A program made the translations under genes and the position numbers. This document shows, piece by piece, positions 11,801-22,873 of a DNA stretch of 64,000 bases. Within the stretch, counting starts at the first letter, position 1, and each line of letters opens with the position of its first letter. The DNA is taken from assembly GCF_902713615.1 (NCBI RefSeq), contig NC_052158.1:41345729-41409728 (forward strand), written 5' to 3'. The DNA comes from Scyliorhinus canicula (Eukaryota). The notes under the pieces were generated by a model. That model was not told where the DNA came from. It did no database searches and worked only from the letters and a program-made list of their open reading frames with translations.

Positions 11801-12269
11801 ATCAGGAAAGGAGAGCCAAAACAGGATACTATTCTCCTACACGTGGAACACAGAACTAAATATGTGTGCATCACTCCCCTCAGTGCTCACATTAATTTGA
11901 AGAGCAAAAGCAGGCCTGCGTTCCAGGTGCTCCAGCAATGTGGTTTCCTGATCAGCTGTAATTACCTCCGTTCTTTACAGCAAGTCTAGTTGCTTCTGCC
12001 CCCACTCTCATTTTAACCATCATTGTGAGGGGCCCCTGTGCAATCCAATAGCTTACCTCAAAAATATATCCTTTGAACTTGTTTAAACATGGTTAAGGCC
12101 CTCTTAAAACTCAACTTATTGCGGTGAAAGCTCTTGTTGACATTGGGCAAAAAGCCCTGCGGATTTCCCAACACGCTCCTTGTGAATGGTCTCCAAACAT
12201 TTAAGGTTGTTTGGCTTCATGTTTTCCCTTGACAACAATTGGAGGCAAATGAGCCACTTCAGATTTGAT

Positions 12270-12597
12270 GAAAACACTCATGAACACATGAGATGTTCAA
12301 AAACTTGAGGCGGCTGGATAGAGTAGACAGGGAGAAACTGTTTCCGCTCATGAAAAGATCAAGAACGGGAGAGCACAGATTTAAAGTAATTTGCAAAAGA
12401 AGAAAATATAATGTGAGAAAAAACTTGTTCCACGCAACTAATTGTTCGGGTCTGAAATGCACTGCTTGGAAGTGTGGTGGAGACAGATTCAATCGAGGCA
12501 GTCAAGAGGACATTAGATGATTACTTGATTAGAAAAAATGTGCAGAGGCATAGGGAAAAGACAGGGGAACGAAACTAAGTCATGATGCTCATTTGTG
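12270..12597 (+). mobile_element. CR1 LINE 3' fragment
   Basis: LDRVDREKLFPLMKRSRTGEHRFKVI..RKNLF resembles the CR1 ORF2 C-terminus. Confidence 0.75.
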
Positions 12598-12820
12598 TCG
12601 ACGGCACAGTGGCGCAGTAGTTAGCATTGCTGTCTCATGGTGCCGAGGACCCGGGTTCAATCACAGCCCCGGGTCACTGTCCATGTAGGGTTTGCACATT
12701 CTCCCCGTGTCTGCGTGGGTCTCACCCCCACAACCCAAAGATGTGCAGGTTAGGTGGATTGGCCATTCTATTTGCCCCTTAATTGGAAAAAAAAGAATTG
12801 AGTGCTCTAAATTTAAAACA
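12598..12820 (+). mobile_element. tRNA-derived SINE, short subtype
   Basis: ggcacagtggcgcagtagttagc..gggttcaatc..ctctaaatttaaaa. Confidence 0.9.
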
Positions 12821-12824
12821 AAAG

Positions 12825-13860
12825 AGAAGGTGGTGGTGAGCTGCCTTCTTGAAGTGCTGCAGTCCATGAGGTGTAGGTATACCCACAGTGCTGTTAGGGA
12901 GGGAGATCTAGGATTTTGACTCAATGAGAGTGAAGGAAAGGCGATATATTTCCAAGTCAGAATGGTTTGTGGCTTAAGGGAAACATGCAAGTGGTGATGT
13001 TCCCATACATTTGCTGCACTTGTTTCTCTAGGTGGTAGGGTCCGCGGGTTTGGAAGGTGCTGTTAAGGAACCTTGGTACAATAAATGTTGTAGATTATAC
13101 ACACTGCTGCCACTGTGTTTCGGTGGTGGAGAAATTGAATGTTGGGGCCGTGGATGAGATTCCAAATCAAGTGGACTGCTTTGTCCTAGAAGTTGCTGAA
13201 CGCCTTGAGAAACTGCACTCATCCAGGCAAATGAATGAAGAATAATCCATCACAACTTTGACTTGTGTCTTGTAGAGGGTGAACAGATTTTGGGAAAACA
13301 GGAGGTGAGTTACTCACCACAGAACTCCCAGCCTCTGACTTGCTCCTGTACTGAAAGTATTCGTATGGCTAGTCCAGTTCAGTTTCTGGTCAATGGTAAC
13401 CCCCAGACATGATAGTGGGAGGTTCAGCGATGGTAATGCCAGTGAATGTCAAGGGGAGATGATTGGAATCTCTGGTGTTGGAGATGGTCATTGCTTGGCA
13501 TTTTCGTGGAACAAATATTCCTTGCCACTTATCAGCGCAAGCCTGAAATGAAAACAAAAAACTGCTGGAACAGCTCCGCAGGTCTGGCAACATGTGTAGA
13601 GAGAGAAACGGAGTTAACATTTCAAGTCCAATATGACTCTTCTTCAGAACTCAATGTCCCAATATTGTCTAGGTCTTGCTGCAGATGAACATGGACTGCT
13701 TCAGTATACAAATGGTGCTGAACAACAAACATTCCCACTTCTGCCCTTATGATGGATGGAAGGTCATTAACGAAGCAGCTGAAGATGGCTGGTCAAGGAC
13801 ACTCCCCTGAGGAACTCGGAGAGTGATATCTTGGGTCTGAGGTAATTGACCTTGAGCCAC
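12825..13860 (-). mobile_element. Degenerate LINE (same family as 4955-5155) carrying a Penelope-derived insert
   Basis: Starts with the reverse complement of the LINE 3' end (ggtggtgagctgccttcttgaa..gcagtccatg..gtaggt). Confidence 0.6.
13545..13652 (-). mobile_element. Penelope-derived short repeat with a hammerhead-like core
   Basis: Minus strand GAGTT-CTGAAGA-A-GAGTC/atattg/GACTT-GAAA-TGTT-AACTC (helix I GAGTT/AACTC). Confidence 0.65.
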
Positions 13861-13869
13861 CACAACTAT

Positions 13870-14375
13870 CTGTCTTTCTGCAGGTATGACACCAACTGCT
13901 CGGCCCAAGACCGGAAGAAGCAACAGAGAGTCGTGAACACAGCCCAGTCCATCACACAAACCTTCCTCCCATCCATTGACTCTGTCTACACCTCCCACTG
14001 CCTTAGGAAAGCAGGCAGCAGAATCAAAGACCCCTTCCACCTGGCTTACTCAGTCTTCCAACTTCTTTCATCGAGCAGGAGATACAGAAGTCTGCGAACA
14101 TGCACTAACAGATTAAAAAACAGCTTCTTACCCACTGTTACCAGACTCCTAAATGACCCTCTTATAGACAGAAGGACTTATGGACTGATCTGATCTCTTC
14201 ACACATCTTCACCTGATGCCTGTGCCAATGTATTTACATTGTGAATTTTATGTTTGCCCTATTATGTATTTCCTTTCATGTACAAAATGATCTGTTTGTG
14301 CTGCACGCAGAACAATACTTTTCACTTTACCTTGGTACACGTGACAATAAACCAACCCAATCCAATCAAAACCAG
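13870..14375 (+). mobile_element. Rex1/Babar-like LINE 3' end
   Basis: NCSAQDRKKQQRVVNTAQSIT..LPSIDSVYTSHCLRKA..IKDP..RRYRSL..TNRLKNSF; gtgacaataaa plus ccaat-repeat tail. Confidence 0.8.
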
Positions 14376-14439
14376 CTGAGAGTTTCCCCCCAATTCCAAT
14401 TGACTTCAGTTTTATTCAGGCTCCTTGCTGCCACATCTG

Positions 14440-16840
14440 ATCAAATGCTGCCTTGATATTGTTGAATGTAGATGCCAAATTTCTGGTGAAGGTGAAGGTG
14501 TTGGCTTTGCGAATCGAGGACTGTATCCCGGGGCTAATAGGCAAGGATCAAACGGGATTTGTGAAAGGGAGACAGTTGTCCACGAATATAAGGAGGTTGC
14601 TTAATGTAATTATGATGCCCCCAGAGGAGCAGGAGCTGGAGGCGGCAGAGGCGATTGAGGCGGAGAAAGCTTTCAACCGGGTGAAGTGGGATTATTTGTG
14701 GGAGGTACTGGGGTGGTTCTGGTTTGGGTAGGGGTTGGTGGACTGGGTCCAGCTGCTGTACAAGGCAAGGGTTATAAAGTGCTAACAAACCGGGTGAGTT
14801 CGGGATATTTTGGTTTGCATCGTGGGATGAGGCAGGGGTGCCCACTCTCCCTGTTGCTCTTTGCCTTGGTTATAAAGCCACTGGCAATGGAGCTGAGAGC
14901 ATCAAGGGAGTGGAAAGGGATTATGCGGAGCGGCATCGAGCACACAGTGTCGCTGTATGTGGATGACCTGTTGTTAAACATTGGGGTCATTAGGGGAATT
15001 ATGAGAATTTTGGAGGACTCTGGTCGGTCTCCAGGTACAAGTTAAACATGGGGAAGATAGGGGGAGGACGGTGGCACAGTGGTTAGCATTGCTGCCCACG
15101 GCGCTGAGGACCCGGGTTCGAATCCCGGCCCCGGGTCACTGTTTGTGTGGAGTTTGCACATTCTCCCCGTGTCCGCGTGGGTTTCACCCCCACAACTCAA
15201 AGATGTGCAGGGTAGGTGGATTGGCCACACTAAATTGCCCCTTAATTGGAAAAAATAATTGGGTACTCTAAATTTAAAAACAAAAAAGAAAAAGAAAACA
15301 TGGGGAAGAGAGATGTGGTCCCAATTGAAACCAGAGGGCAGGAGGGTAGGTTAGGGGACTGGCCATTCAGGATAGTGGGGTGAGTTTTAGAAAACTGGGC
15401 ATTCAGGTGAAGCAGGGTTGGGCACAGCTGCACAAGTTCAATTTGACTTGGCTGGTGGAGCAGATAAAGTGGGACTTCAAGAGGTGGGATGTGCTGCCAC
15501 TGTTGTAGGCGGGGCGGGTGCAGACAGTTAAGAACAGGACAAGGAGGGGGGACTGAAGTTGCCGAATATAATGAATTATTTATTACTGGGCGGCGAACAT
15601 CGCCACGGTTAGGAAATGGGTACTGGGGGAGAAGGTGGCGTGGGGGCGGATGGAGGTGGCTTTTTGCAGGGGAACGAGCTTAAGGGTATTGTTAACAGCA
15701 CCTCTGCCGTTCTCGCCAGCCAGGCACTTTGTGAGTCCAGTGGTGTTGTTGGCCTTGAGGGTATGGGGGCAATGCAGGCAGCATTTGGGACTGGAGGGTG
15801 CCTCAGTGCGGGCACCGATGTGTGATAATTATAGGTTTGCACCGGGGAGCTGAATGCGAGGTTTCAGGGTGGCGGCAGGCAGGGATTGAGTGATTTGGTG
15901 AACTGTTTGTAGGGGGCAGGTTCGCGAAATTGGACGACATGAAGGAAGAGTATAAGCTCCCATGGGGAACAGTTTCAGCTTCCTGCATGTTCGGGATTTT
16001 GTGAAGAGAGAGGTGGCATCTTTCCCTGGGTTACTGCCCTTGGGGTTGCAGGACAAAGTCAAAGGAGGAGATAGGGGAGGGGAAGGTATCTGAGGTCGAC
16101 AGGGATCTGATGGATTGGGAGGGGGCCCAGTGGGGGATATAAAGTCTAAGTGGGGGACGAGTGGGAGGGGAGGTGGAGGCCGAGACCTGGGCTGTGGCCC
16201 ATCCTCGTTGTGTGCGAGGCTAAGCCTCATTCAGTTTAAAGTGCTCCATAGGGGCCATATGATGGCAGCACGGATGAGTAGGTTCTTTGAGGGGGCGGAG
16301 GATCAGTGTGGGCAGTGCATGGGGAGGCCCGCGAATCACGTCAACATGTTCAGGGTGTGTCCAAAGTTAAAGAATTTCTGGCAGGACTTTGCGGACGTAA
16401 TGTCCAAGATGCTGGGGGTGAAGGTGGACCCGACTCTGGAGGTCATGATATTCAGGGTGTCGGAAGACCTGGGGGTCCAGTGGGCGAGAGAGGCTGATGT
16501 CTTGGCACTTGCCTCCCTGATAATCTGGAGACGGATCTTACTTGGATGGAGGGACTCAGAGGGCCGAAAGCGGGGTGTGGGTGAGTGATGTGGTAGAATT
16601 CCTGAGGCTAGGGAAGGTCATGTTCACCCTGAGGGAGTCGGTTGAAGGTTCGCTCGGAGTTGGAAGCTGTTCATTGACTTCTTTAAGGAGGATTGAGGAG
16701 TCATCAAAGGGGGGAGGGTGGGGCGAGGGGTTACAATAGGGGGGAGTGGGTGCTGGTTGTTTATAATGTTGTTTAATTTTGCTTCTGCTTTGGTTTGTTT
16801 GTTTTTATGAAAATGCCTGAATAAAATGTTTTTAAAAAAA
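14440..16840 (+). mobile_element. 5'-truncated L1/Tx1-like LINE (degenerate RT)
   Basis: LLNVDAK..DQTGFVKGRQ..EKAFNRV.W.YL..RGMRQGCPLSLLLF..SLYVDDLLL; C-terminal CGQCMGRPANHVNMF..C; ends aataaaatgtttttaaaaaaa. Confidence 0.88.
15058..15295 (+). mobile_element. SINE inserted in the L1 with a 14-bp TSD
   Basis: TSD aaacatggggaaga at 15044-15057 and 15296-15309; A/B-box head. Confidence 0.93.
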
Positions 16841-16939
16841 CAAATCTCTCCTGTTAATAATAGTCTTTATTATTGTCACAAGTAAGCTAACTGTGAAAAT
16901 CCCCTAGCCGCCACACTCTGGCGCCTGTTTGGGTATACT

Positions 16940-17220
16940 GAGATGGTCATTGCCTGGCCCTTGTATGGCATAAATATTTATTGCCACTTATGAACCCAAC
17001 CCTGAAATAAAAACAAAAAAGTGCTGGAAAAACACATCAAGTCTGGCAACATCTGTAGTTCAGCTGTAATGAGGTCAGGAGCCGAGTGAACCAGACGTAA
17101 CCCAAACTGAGCATCAGTGAGCAGGTTTTCACTGAGTAACTTGCTTGATAAGAGCGTTGATGATTCCTTCCATTACTTTACTGATGATTGAGAGTAGACT
17201 GATGCGGTAGTAGTTAGTAA
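16940..17220 (-). mobile_element. LINE fragment joined to the same Penelope-derived repeat end as at 13545
   Basis: gagatggtcattgc..ttgccacttat..cctgaaat.aaaacaaaaaa.tgctggaa is shared with 13480-13570. Confidence 0.55.
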
Positions 17221-17226
17221 AGTTCT

Positions 17227-17530
17227 GGGCGGCACGGTAGCATAGTGGTTAGCACTGTTGCTTCACAGCGTCAGGGTCCCAGGTTCGATTCCCGGCTTGG
17301 GTCACTGTCTGTGCGAAGTATGCACATTCTCCCCGTGTCTGCGTGGGTTTCCTACTGGTTCTCCGGTTTCCTCCCACAAGTCTCGAAAGACGTGCTTGTT
17401 AGTGAATTGGACATTCTGAATTCTCCCTCAGTGTACTCGAATAGGCGCCGGAGTGTGGTGACGAAGGGATTTTCACAGTAATGTTGTTGCGGTGTTAATG
17501 TAAGCCTACTTGTGACAATAATAAAGATTA
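17227..17530 (+). mobile_element. tRNA-derived SINE
   Basis: gggcggcacggtagcatagtgg..ggttcgattccc..gcctacttgtgacaata. Confidence 0.92.
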
Positions 17531-17689
17531 CATTCGCTGGGTTGGATTTATCCTGTTTTTTTGTGCACCAGAAATACCTAGACAATTTTCAACTTTGCTG
17601 GCGAGATGCCAATGTTGCAGCTGTACTGGAACAACTTGGCTAGAGGCATGTATTATATGCTCCCTTTGCTGTGTGTACACTTTTTTTTT

Positions 17690-18720
17690 ATCTGTACATG
17701 TTCAAAAGGCTCAGCTTTATAATTTGCAGATGACACAAAACTTGGAAGTATTGTGAACTATGAGAACAATAGTGATAGACTAGGACATAGAGAGCTGGAG
17801 GAAATGGACAGAAATATGGCAGATTAAATTTATTGCGAAACATTTGAAGTGAAACTTTTTGAGAGGAAGAATGAGAAAAGGCAATATAAAATAAAGCGCA
17901 CAATCCTAAAGGGGGTGTAGGAGCAGAGGAATCTGGGGGTATATATACCCAAATCTATGAAGGTGGCAGGACAGGTCGGAAAACAGGCTACTGTGGTAGA
18001 TGGGATCTGGGCTTTATAAATAGAGGCACGAGCACAAAAACAAGGAAGTTATGGTTCAGGGATGAGAGACTTCAACTAGGATAAATGGTGAAGCTGGGAC
18101 CGTTCTATTTAGAGAGGAATAGAAGCAGGCCATTCGGCCCATCGTGTCTGCACCCACCCTCTGAAAGAGCACTCCGCCTAGGCCCACCTGCCCTAACTCC
18201 ATATCCCACCTAATTTGAACACCTTTGGATACTAAGGGGCAATGTAGCATGGCCAATCCACCTAACCTGTTCATCTTTGGACTATGGGAGGAAACCGGAG
18301 CAGCCGGAGGAAAGTCACACAGACACGGGGAGAATGTGCAAACTCCAGTTACCCAGGGCCGGAATTTAACCCGGGTCCCTGACACTGTGAGGCAGCAGTG
18401 CTAACCACTGTGCCACCAGAGATTTGGTAGGTGATTTGATAGAGGTTCAAAACCATGAAGGGCCTGGAAAGGATAGATACAGAAAAACCTTTCACTTTGG
18501 CGGATGGATCGAGAACCACAGAGCACCAGTTTTAAGGTGATTGGCAAAACAAGCAACGGTGAGCCGAGGGCAGTGGGTTTTTAACGCGGAGCGGGGTTAG
18601 GATCCGGAATGGTCTATATGAGAGCGTGGCGGAGGTGGATTGAATCCGATCTTCCAAAGGGAAATTGGACAATTGCCTGAAGAGAAAAAAAGACTACAGG
18701 GCTACGGGGAAGTGGGATCT
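17690..18720 (+). mobile_element. Degenerate CR1 LINE interrupted by a SINE
   Basis: tttgcagatgacacaaaac (FADDTK) and CR1-type 3' sequence. Confidence 0.7.
18118..18417 (-). mobile_element. tRNA-derived SINE
   Basis: Reverse-complement SINE body and head (gcagcagtgctaaccactgtgccacc). Confidence 0.88.
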
Positions 18721-18923
18721 CAGCCGAGTTATTTCTACAGAGGAGCCATCACTCCCACGAAGGGTTGAAGAACCTCATTCTGTAGTCATTTTTTTAGGAG
18801 TGCAAATTCCTATGTCTGTAGACGTCTTCCTATATTTTTATCCGTGTTCACATTGTGTACATAGAGCCTAACCAGTGAAAATGGCTGTGATTGTGAGATC
18901 AGTTTATTGTTGCCCGCTGAGGA

Positions 18924-18935
18924 GGTTTCGCTTTC
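18924..18935 (+). promoter_or_regulatory. ISRE/IRF element of the B2M promoter
   Basis: GGTTTCGCTTTC fits the RGTTTCNNTTTC consensus, about 300 bp upstream of the ATG. Confidence 0.75.
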
Positions 18936-18976
18936 ACGGCTGCTGCAGATCCGCCCACTCAGACTTGTCCGTTTCA

Positions 18977-19041
18977 CAAACTGTGCAGCGCTCTTTCACC
19001 CGGAGACCGGTGATCCCCACAGGGCTGAATATTGGGATTGG
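18977..19041 (+). promoter_or_regulatory. MHC-type S-X-Y module of the B2M promoter
   Basis: S-like CAAACTG 18977-18983; X1/X2-like CCCGGAGACCGG-TGATCCCC about 18999-19018; Y box ATTGG(CTG) 19037-19041. Followed by GC boxes and a second ATTGG at 19090-19094. Confidence 0.7.
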
Positions 19042-19234
19042 CTGCAGCGGGGACGGTGGGCGGTGCCGGGTGGGGCGGCTGATTTTTTGATTGGTCAACG
19101 TCCGCTGGCTTGCTGCAGTTTATTCGGGAGCCCAGGAAGAGAGGACAGAAGGTGCGAGAGGAAAGCTCGAGTCAGCAGTGAATTGAAAAGAGTTCTGATC
19201 CAAACCCAGAGTGAAGCCCGGACCCCGCAGCAAG

Positions 19235-19286
19235 ATGATGAAGTTCGTCGTGTTGTCCTTGATGGTGGCCCTGTGCCTGGCTGCAA
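19235..19286 (+). CDS. B2M: Beta-2-microglobulin exon 1 (signal peptide)
   Basis: MMKFVVLSLMVALCLAA plus phase-1 donor A|GTGAGT. Confidence 0.93.
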
Positions 19287-20375
19287 GTGAGTTTGGTGTG
19301 AGGGGAGCTCCCGGGGTGCCGCTTATCAGAGTGGAGAAAATAATTTAAACCAGAGAGAACCGTTCGGCCCCTCTTCTCTGTGGCCCCTTTCTCCACAGGG
19401 ACTCTCTCCTCAACCACATTCCGTTTTACAAAGTACCAGCTAAAATTGACTCTTGTGTCAGAGCAGTAAATAACCTCGCTTACAGTTCAGCGAAGAACCC
19501 ATTACTTTCTGTTGGGGGGGGGGGGGAGGGCAGTCTGGAAGGAAGAGCCATGAACAATATCTCACAGCTTTGGCAGTCTGGAAGGAAGAGCCATGAACAA
19601 TATCTCACAGCTTTTTTTTTTGCCTTTTCCACCCCCAGATAACGTTTTGTTGAATTTCTGGAGGCCCCTTCCCCATGACTGCTGATGTTAGCGATAGTGT
19701 AAATGTCTTTGTGAAGTTGAGATGGGAGTTTGCCACAGTGAAGCCATGGCTCAGGGACTGGGCTCTCGTCCTGTCGTCACCCAGAGACCAGAACCACCCA
19801 TGAAAACTGCGCACTTTGTTTATCAAAACGTAACTTTTCACCACATCCTGTATCAAAAGAAAATGTTGGAAATGTTCAGCAGCCTGACAGTATTTATTGG
19901 TGGTGAGGTGTGTTTCAGATCCATGACCTCTTGTCAAGCTGAAATATGAATTGTTTCACTTTCCGTCAAAATGCTGATTTCCAACATTTTCTGTTCCTGT
20001 TCTAGATGTCCAGTATCCAGAGCATTTTTCTCTTCTCCAGATTCAGTTAAAACTTTTACTTTTATCTCGTTTTGTTTTCTGAATCTTGTATTTTTGCCAC
20101 TCTACCGTTTCTCTCTCTCTCATATCCGTGTGTCCCATCCGCTGTGACAGAGAAATTCTAGTCAACGTATGGATATTTGCCAAAGGCTAGAAAACTGTCA
20201 TCCCGCTCAGTGCACAGATGTGTCCAAGAGGCTGGGACCGAGCAATCCCAGTCAGTGTCTGGATTTCTTCCAGCCTCAGTATCTCGGTGACAAACCCCAG
20301 TCAGTGAGGGTGAAGAATTTGAATGTGGTTTCAGTTGATCTGCTCTTTACTCTGAACCTGTGTTCTGTCCCTTAG

Positions 20376-20648
20376 CTCCTCCAAATGTACAGGTTTATAT
20401 GTATAAGCCCATCGAGGAAGGCAAAAGCAATGTGCTGCTCTGTCATGCCAAAGGTTTCACTCCACCTAACATCAAGCTGGAGCTGCTGATGGATGGACAA
20501 ATCCTAAACAAGGCCAACCAGTCTGACCTCTCCTTCGTGGCTGATTGGAGCTTCAAACTCACCAAGTTTGCAGAAATCATTCCCAAGAGCGGAGTCAAGT
20601 ACGCTTGTAAGGTGGAACACAATGGTGTGATCCAAGATTTTCAGCTTG
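20376..20648 (+). CDS. B2M: Beta-2-microglobulin exon 2 (Ig C1 domain)
   Basis: (T)PPNVQVYMYKPIEEGKSNVLLCHAKGFTPPNIKLELL..SDLSFVADWSFKLTK..YACKVEHNG. Cys pair 54 residues apart, SDLSF and DWSF motifs; ttag acceptor, G|GTAAGT donor, phase 1/1. Confidence 0.98.
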
Positions 20649-22750
20649 GTAAGTAACCTGACTGTTCGTCATGACTAATGTGCATCTACACAAACTCACC
20701 CACACATACTCTCACCATCTGTGGTACCAGATCGCCAACTGCAAACTTCATCCGACACGTATTGCTTCTGTGAAGTGGCAATCAGTGTCGGACTGCCACT
20801 CCACCCCATCTTCCTTACCTTCACACTTTATCATCCTGCCTTGTCCAACTTTCCGACTCAGACTGGGTGTGAACTGTGCAGGGCAGCGCACTCCTAAAGT
20901 CTTCAGTTTAGCGCTGCTGCAATGAAGGGAAGGAGCCCGCGCCCTGTTTTAACAGCACCAGTTGATGTACGTCAGGTGAGTTTAAAGGGCTGGCCACTTT
21001 CAAACCAGAGAGAAGCTAGGTTTGTCAATTAAATAGTTAGAATTTGGGAGGTGGCATGGACTAGTTGTGCAGCTGTTGTGAGGATGGGGGAATGCCCTGT
21101 GTTGTGAATGGAGATCAGTCCCATTGAGATGAGTCCTGTTTGGGGAGAGGGGGTTTAATGGAAGTGGTGGAGCGGAATCTGGTGGGTGGTGGGGCAGGAT
21201 CAGTTCAATAGTGACTTAGAAGCTTGAAGTAGTTTTAATTGTTCAACCTTTTTTTTGTAACTATTGTTGCAAGACAGTCGGAACCATCTGAAGTTTGTGA
21301 TTTAAATCACATTTCCAGGTGGTTCCCAGTGCAATTGCCCATCGGACGTTTGTACTTCTCAGTCAATTGACATGCAAGCCTTGCCTGGAAAGATCTGAGT
21401 GGAGGTGTTGGTTCCCCAGCATATCTTTGGTATACCCTTCAATTACACTGACCTGCAGCTTGATTGTTAGCCTGGTATACCCCCCGGTTACACTGACCTG
21501 AAGCTTGGATGTTAGCCTATGATATACTCTGTAAATGTTAAACTCCTCTTTCACTGAACATCTGATGTCAATGTCCGATAAGATTCCACACTCTACATGA
21601 CTCCTATTATTCATTATTCTGGAGGAGACATAAACCATGTGAACTCTTTGTAAAATTACAGGTGTACTAGGGTTTAGGCTGGATTTTCCGTACTGGAGTG
21701 GGTAGCTTGTGTCAAAACAACTTCCTGGCTTGGCAGACCCGCTTTGATATAAAAGGCTCATTACACAAAATCTTTGCCCCAAGGAGGTGGGATAAGAATT
21801 GGACTTTGCCGACCTTGGAGACAGATCAGAGGCACCCTGATTAGAAGACCTGCCTCATTCTTTTGGACTCAGTTACAAAGTATTTGGTCACTCACACCTT
21901 CACCCCTCTTCCCCCCCCCCCCCCCAACCCTCCTGCCCACTATGCACAATGTTTGATTGATTTTGATTGATATTTATTGTCACGTGTACCGAAGTACAGT
22001 GAAAAGTATTTTTCTGCAGCCAAGGGAATGTAGACAGTATGTACATGGTAGACAAAAGAATAATTGACAGAGAAGAGCCAATGTGTCAAACTAATGAACC
22101 ATATAATAGCAATGGCAAGTCTTGAAATACTGAGGAAAAATATGCACATCCAGAAATTTTCTTTGGGGGAAAACACTGCTATTCTTACAACCCTACAAAA
22201 GTATCAGTCAGGCAGAGCCACTATTGTATCAATAACAGAAGCTTTACTGGATTCACACCTCTTAGTTTACCCAGATAAATATAAAGGCATTAACAAAAAC
22301 ATCAAAGAAGGAATAAATTCTTATAACCTCAAAGGTGTAAATTAATCAAAACAGGTACTCCAGTTTATCCTGTCAGAACATTAGATCCCTGCTGAGTTTA
22401 ACCATATGGAAGCCTTGGAGCTCGGCCAAGCCCATTTGGGAATTGTATCAGCAGAAACAGACACCCAGAAAGCTGATCCTCTAGCTGGGCTCATTATGAA
22501 TGCTTGGGTCTATGGATTCCAAAGCTCACCACCACTAAGTTTCATGGACTTCCATTTTTAAGATTAATTGCTGACTAGTTAATAGTTTGATTATCATGCA
22601 ATTACCAGAATGAAGGAGGGCAAATTAGATGGATATTTTTCTTCCAACTGGTAATTTCCATGCTCCAATATGCAATTGAAGCCTGAGTGACTGGTGGGCA
22701 GTTAGGTTTTGGTTGCTGACTAATGATGTTTTATGCTTTCTCACCCACAG

Positions 22751-22761
22751 ACAGCTACTAA
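22751..22761 (+). CDS. B2M: Beta-2-microglobulin exon 3 coding part (D-S-Y-stop); exon runs 22751-22776
   Basis: tttctcacccacag|AC AGC TAC TAA..GAG|GTAAGC. The 26-bp exon with the stop mirrors vertebrate B2M structure; 336 nt total gives 111 aa. Confidence 0.9.
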
Positions 22762-22873
22762 CCTATCACAGCAGAGGTAAGCACTGTCTTACAGCCGAGT
22801 AGCCATGGTTACTGATGGGACATCTTCCAACACAAAACTCAATTTGACGGCCTGTGTTTTTCTTCTTTTGTAG

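Noticed and set aside
12598-12670. tRNA-like A/B-box sequences as tRNA genes
   Set aside because: All are SINE heads continuing into SINE bodies, with no complete cloverleaf.
21363-22345. ORFs of 139 aa (-) and 93 aa (+) within B2M intron 2
   Set aside because: No recognisable domains; lengths are within chance expectation.
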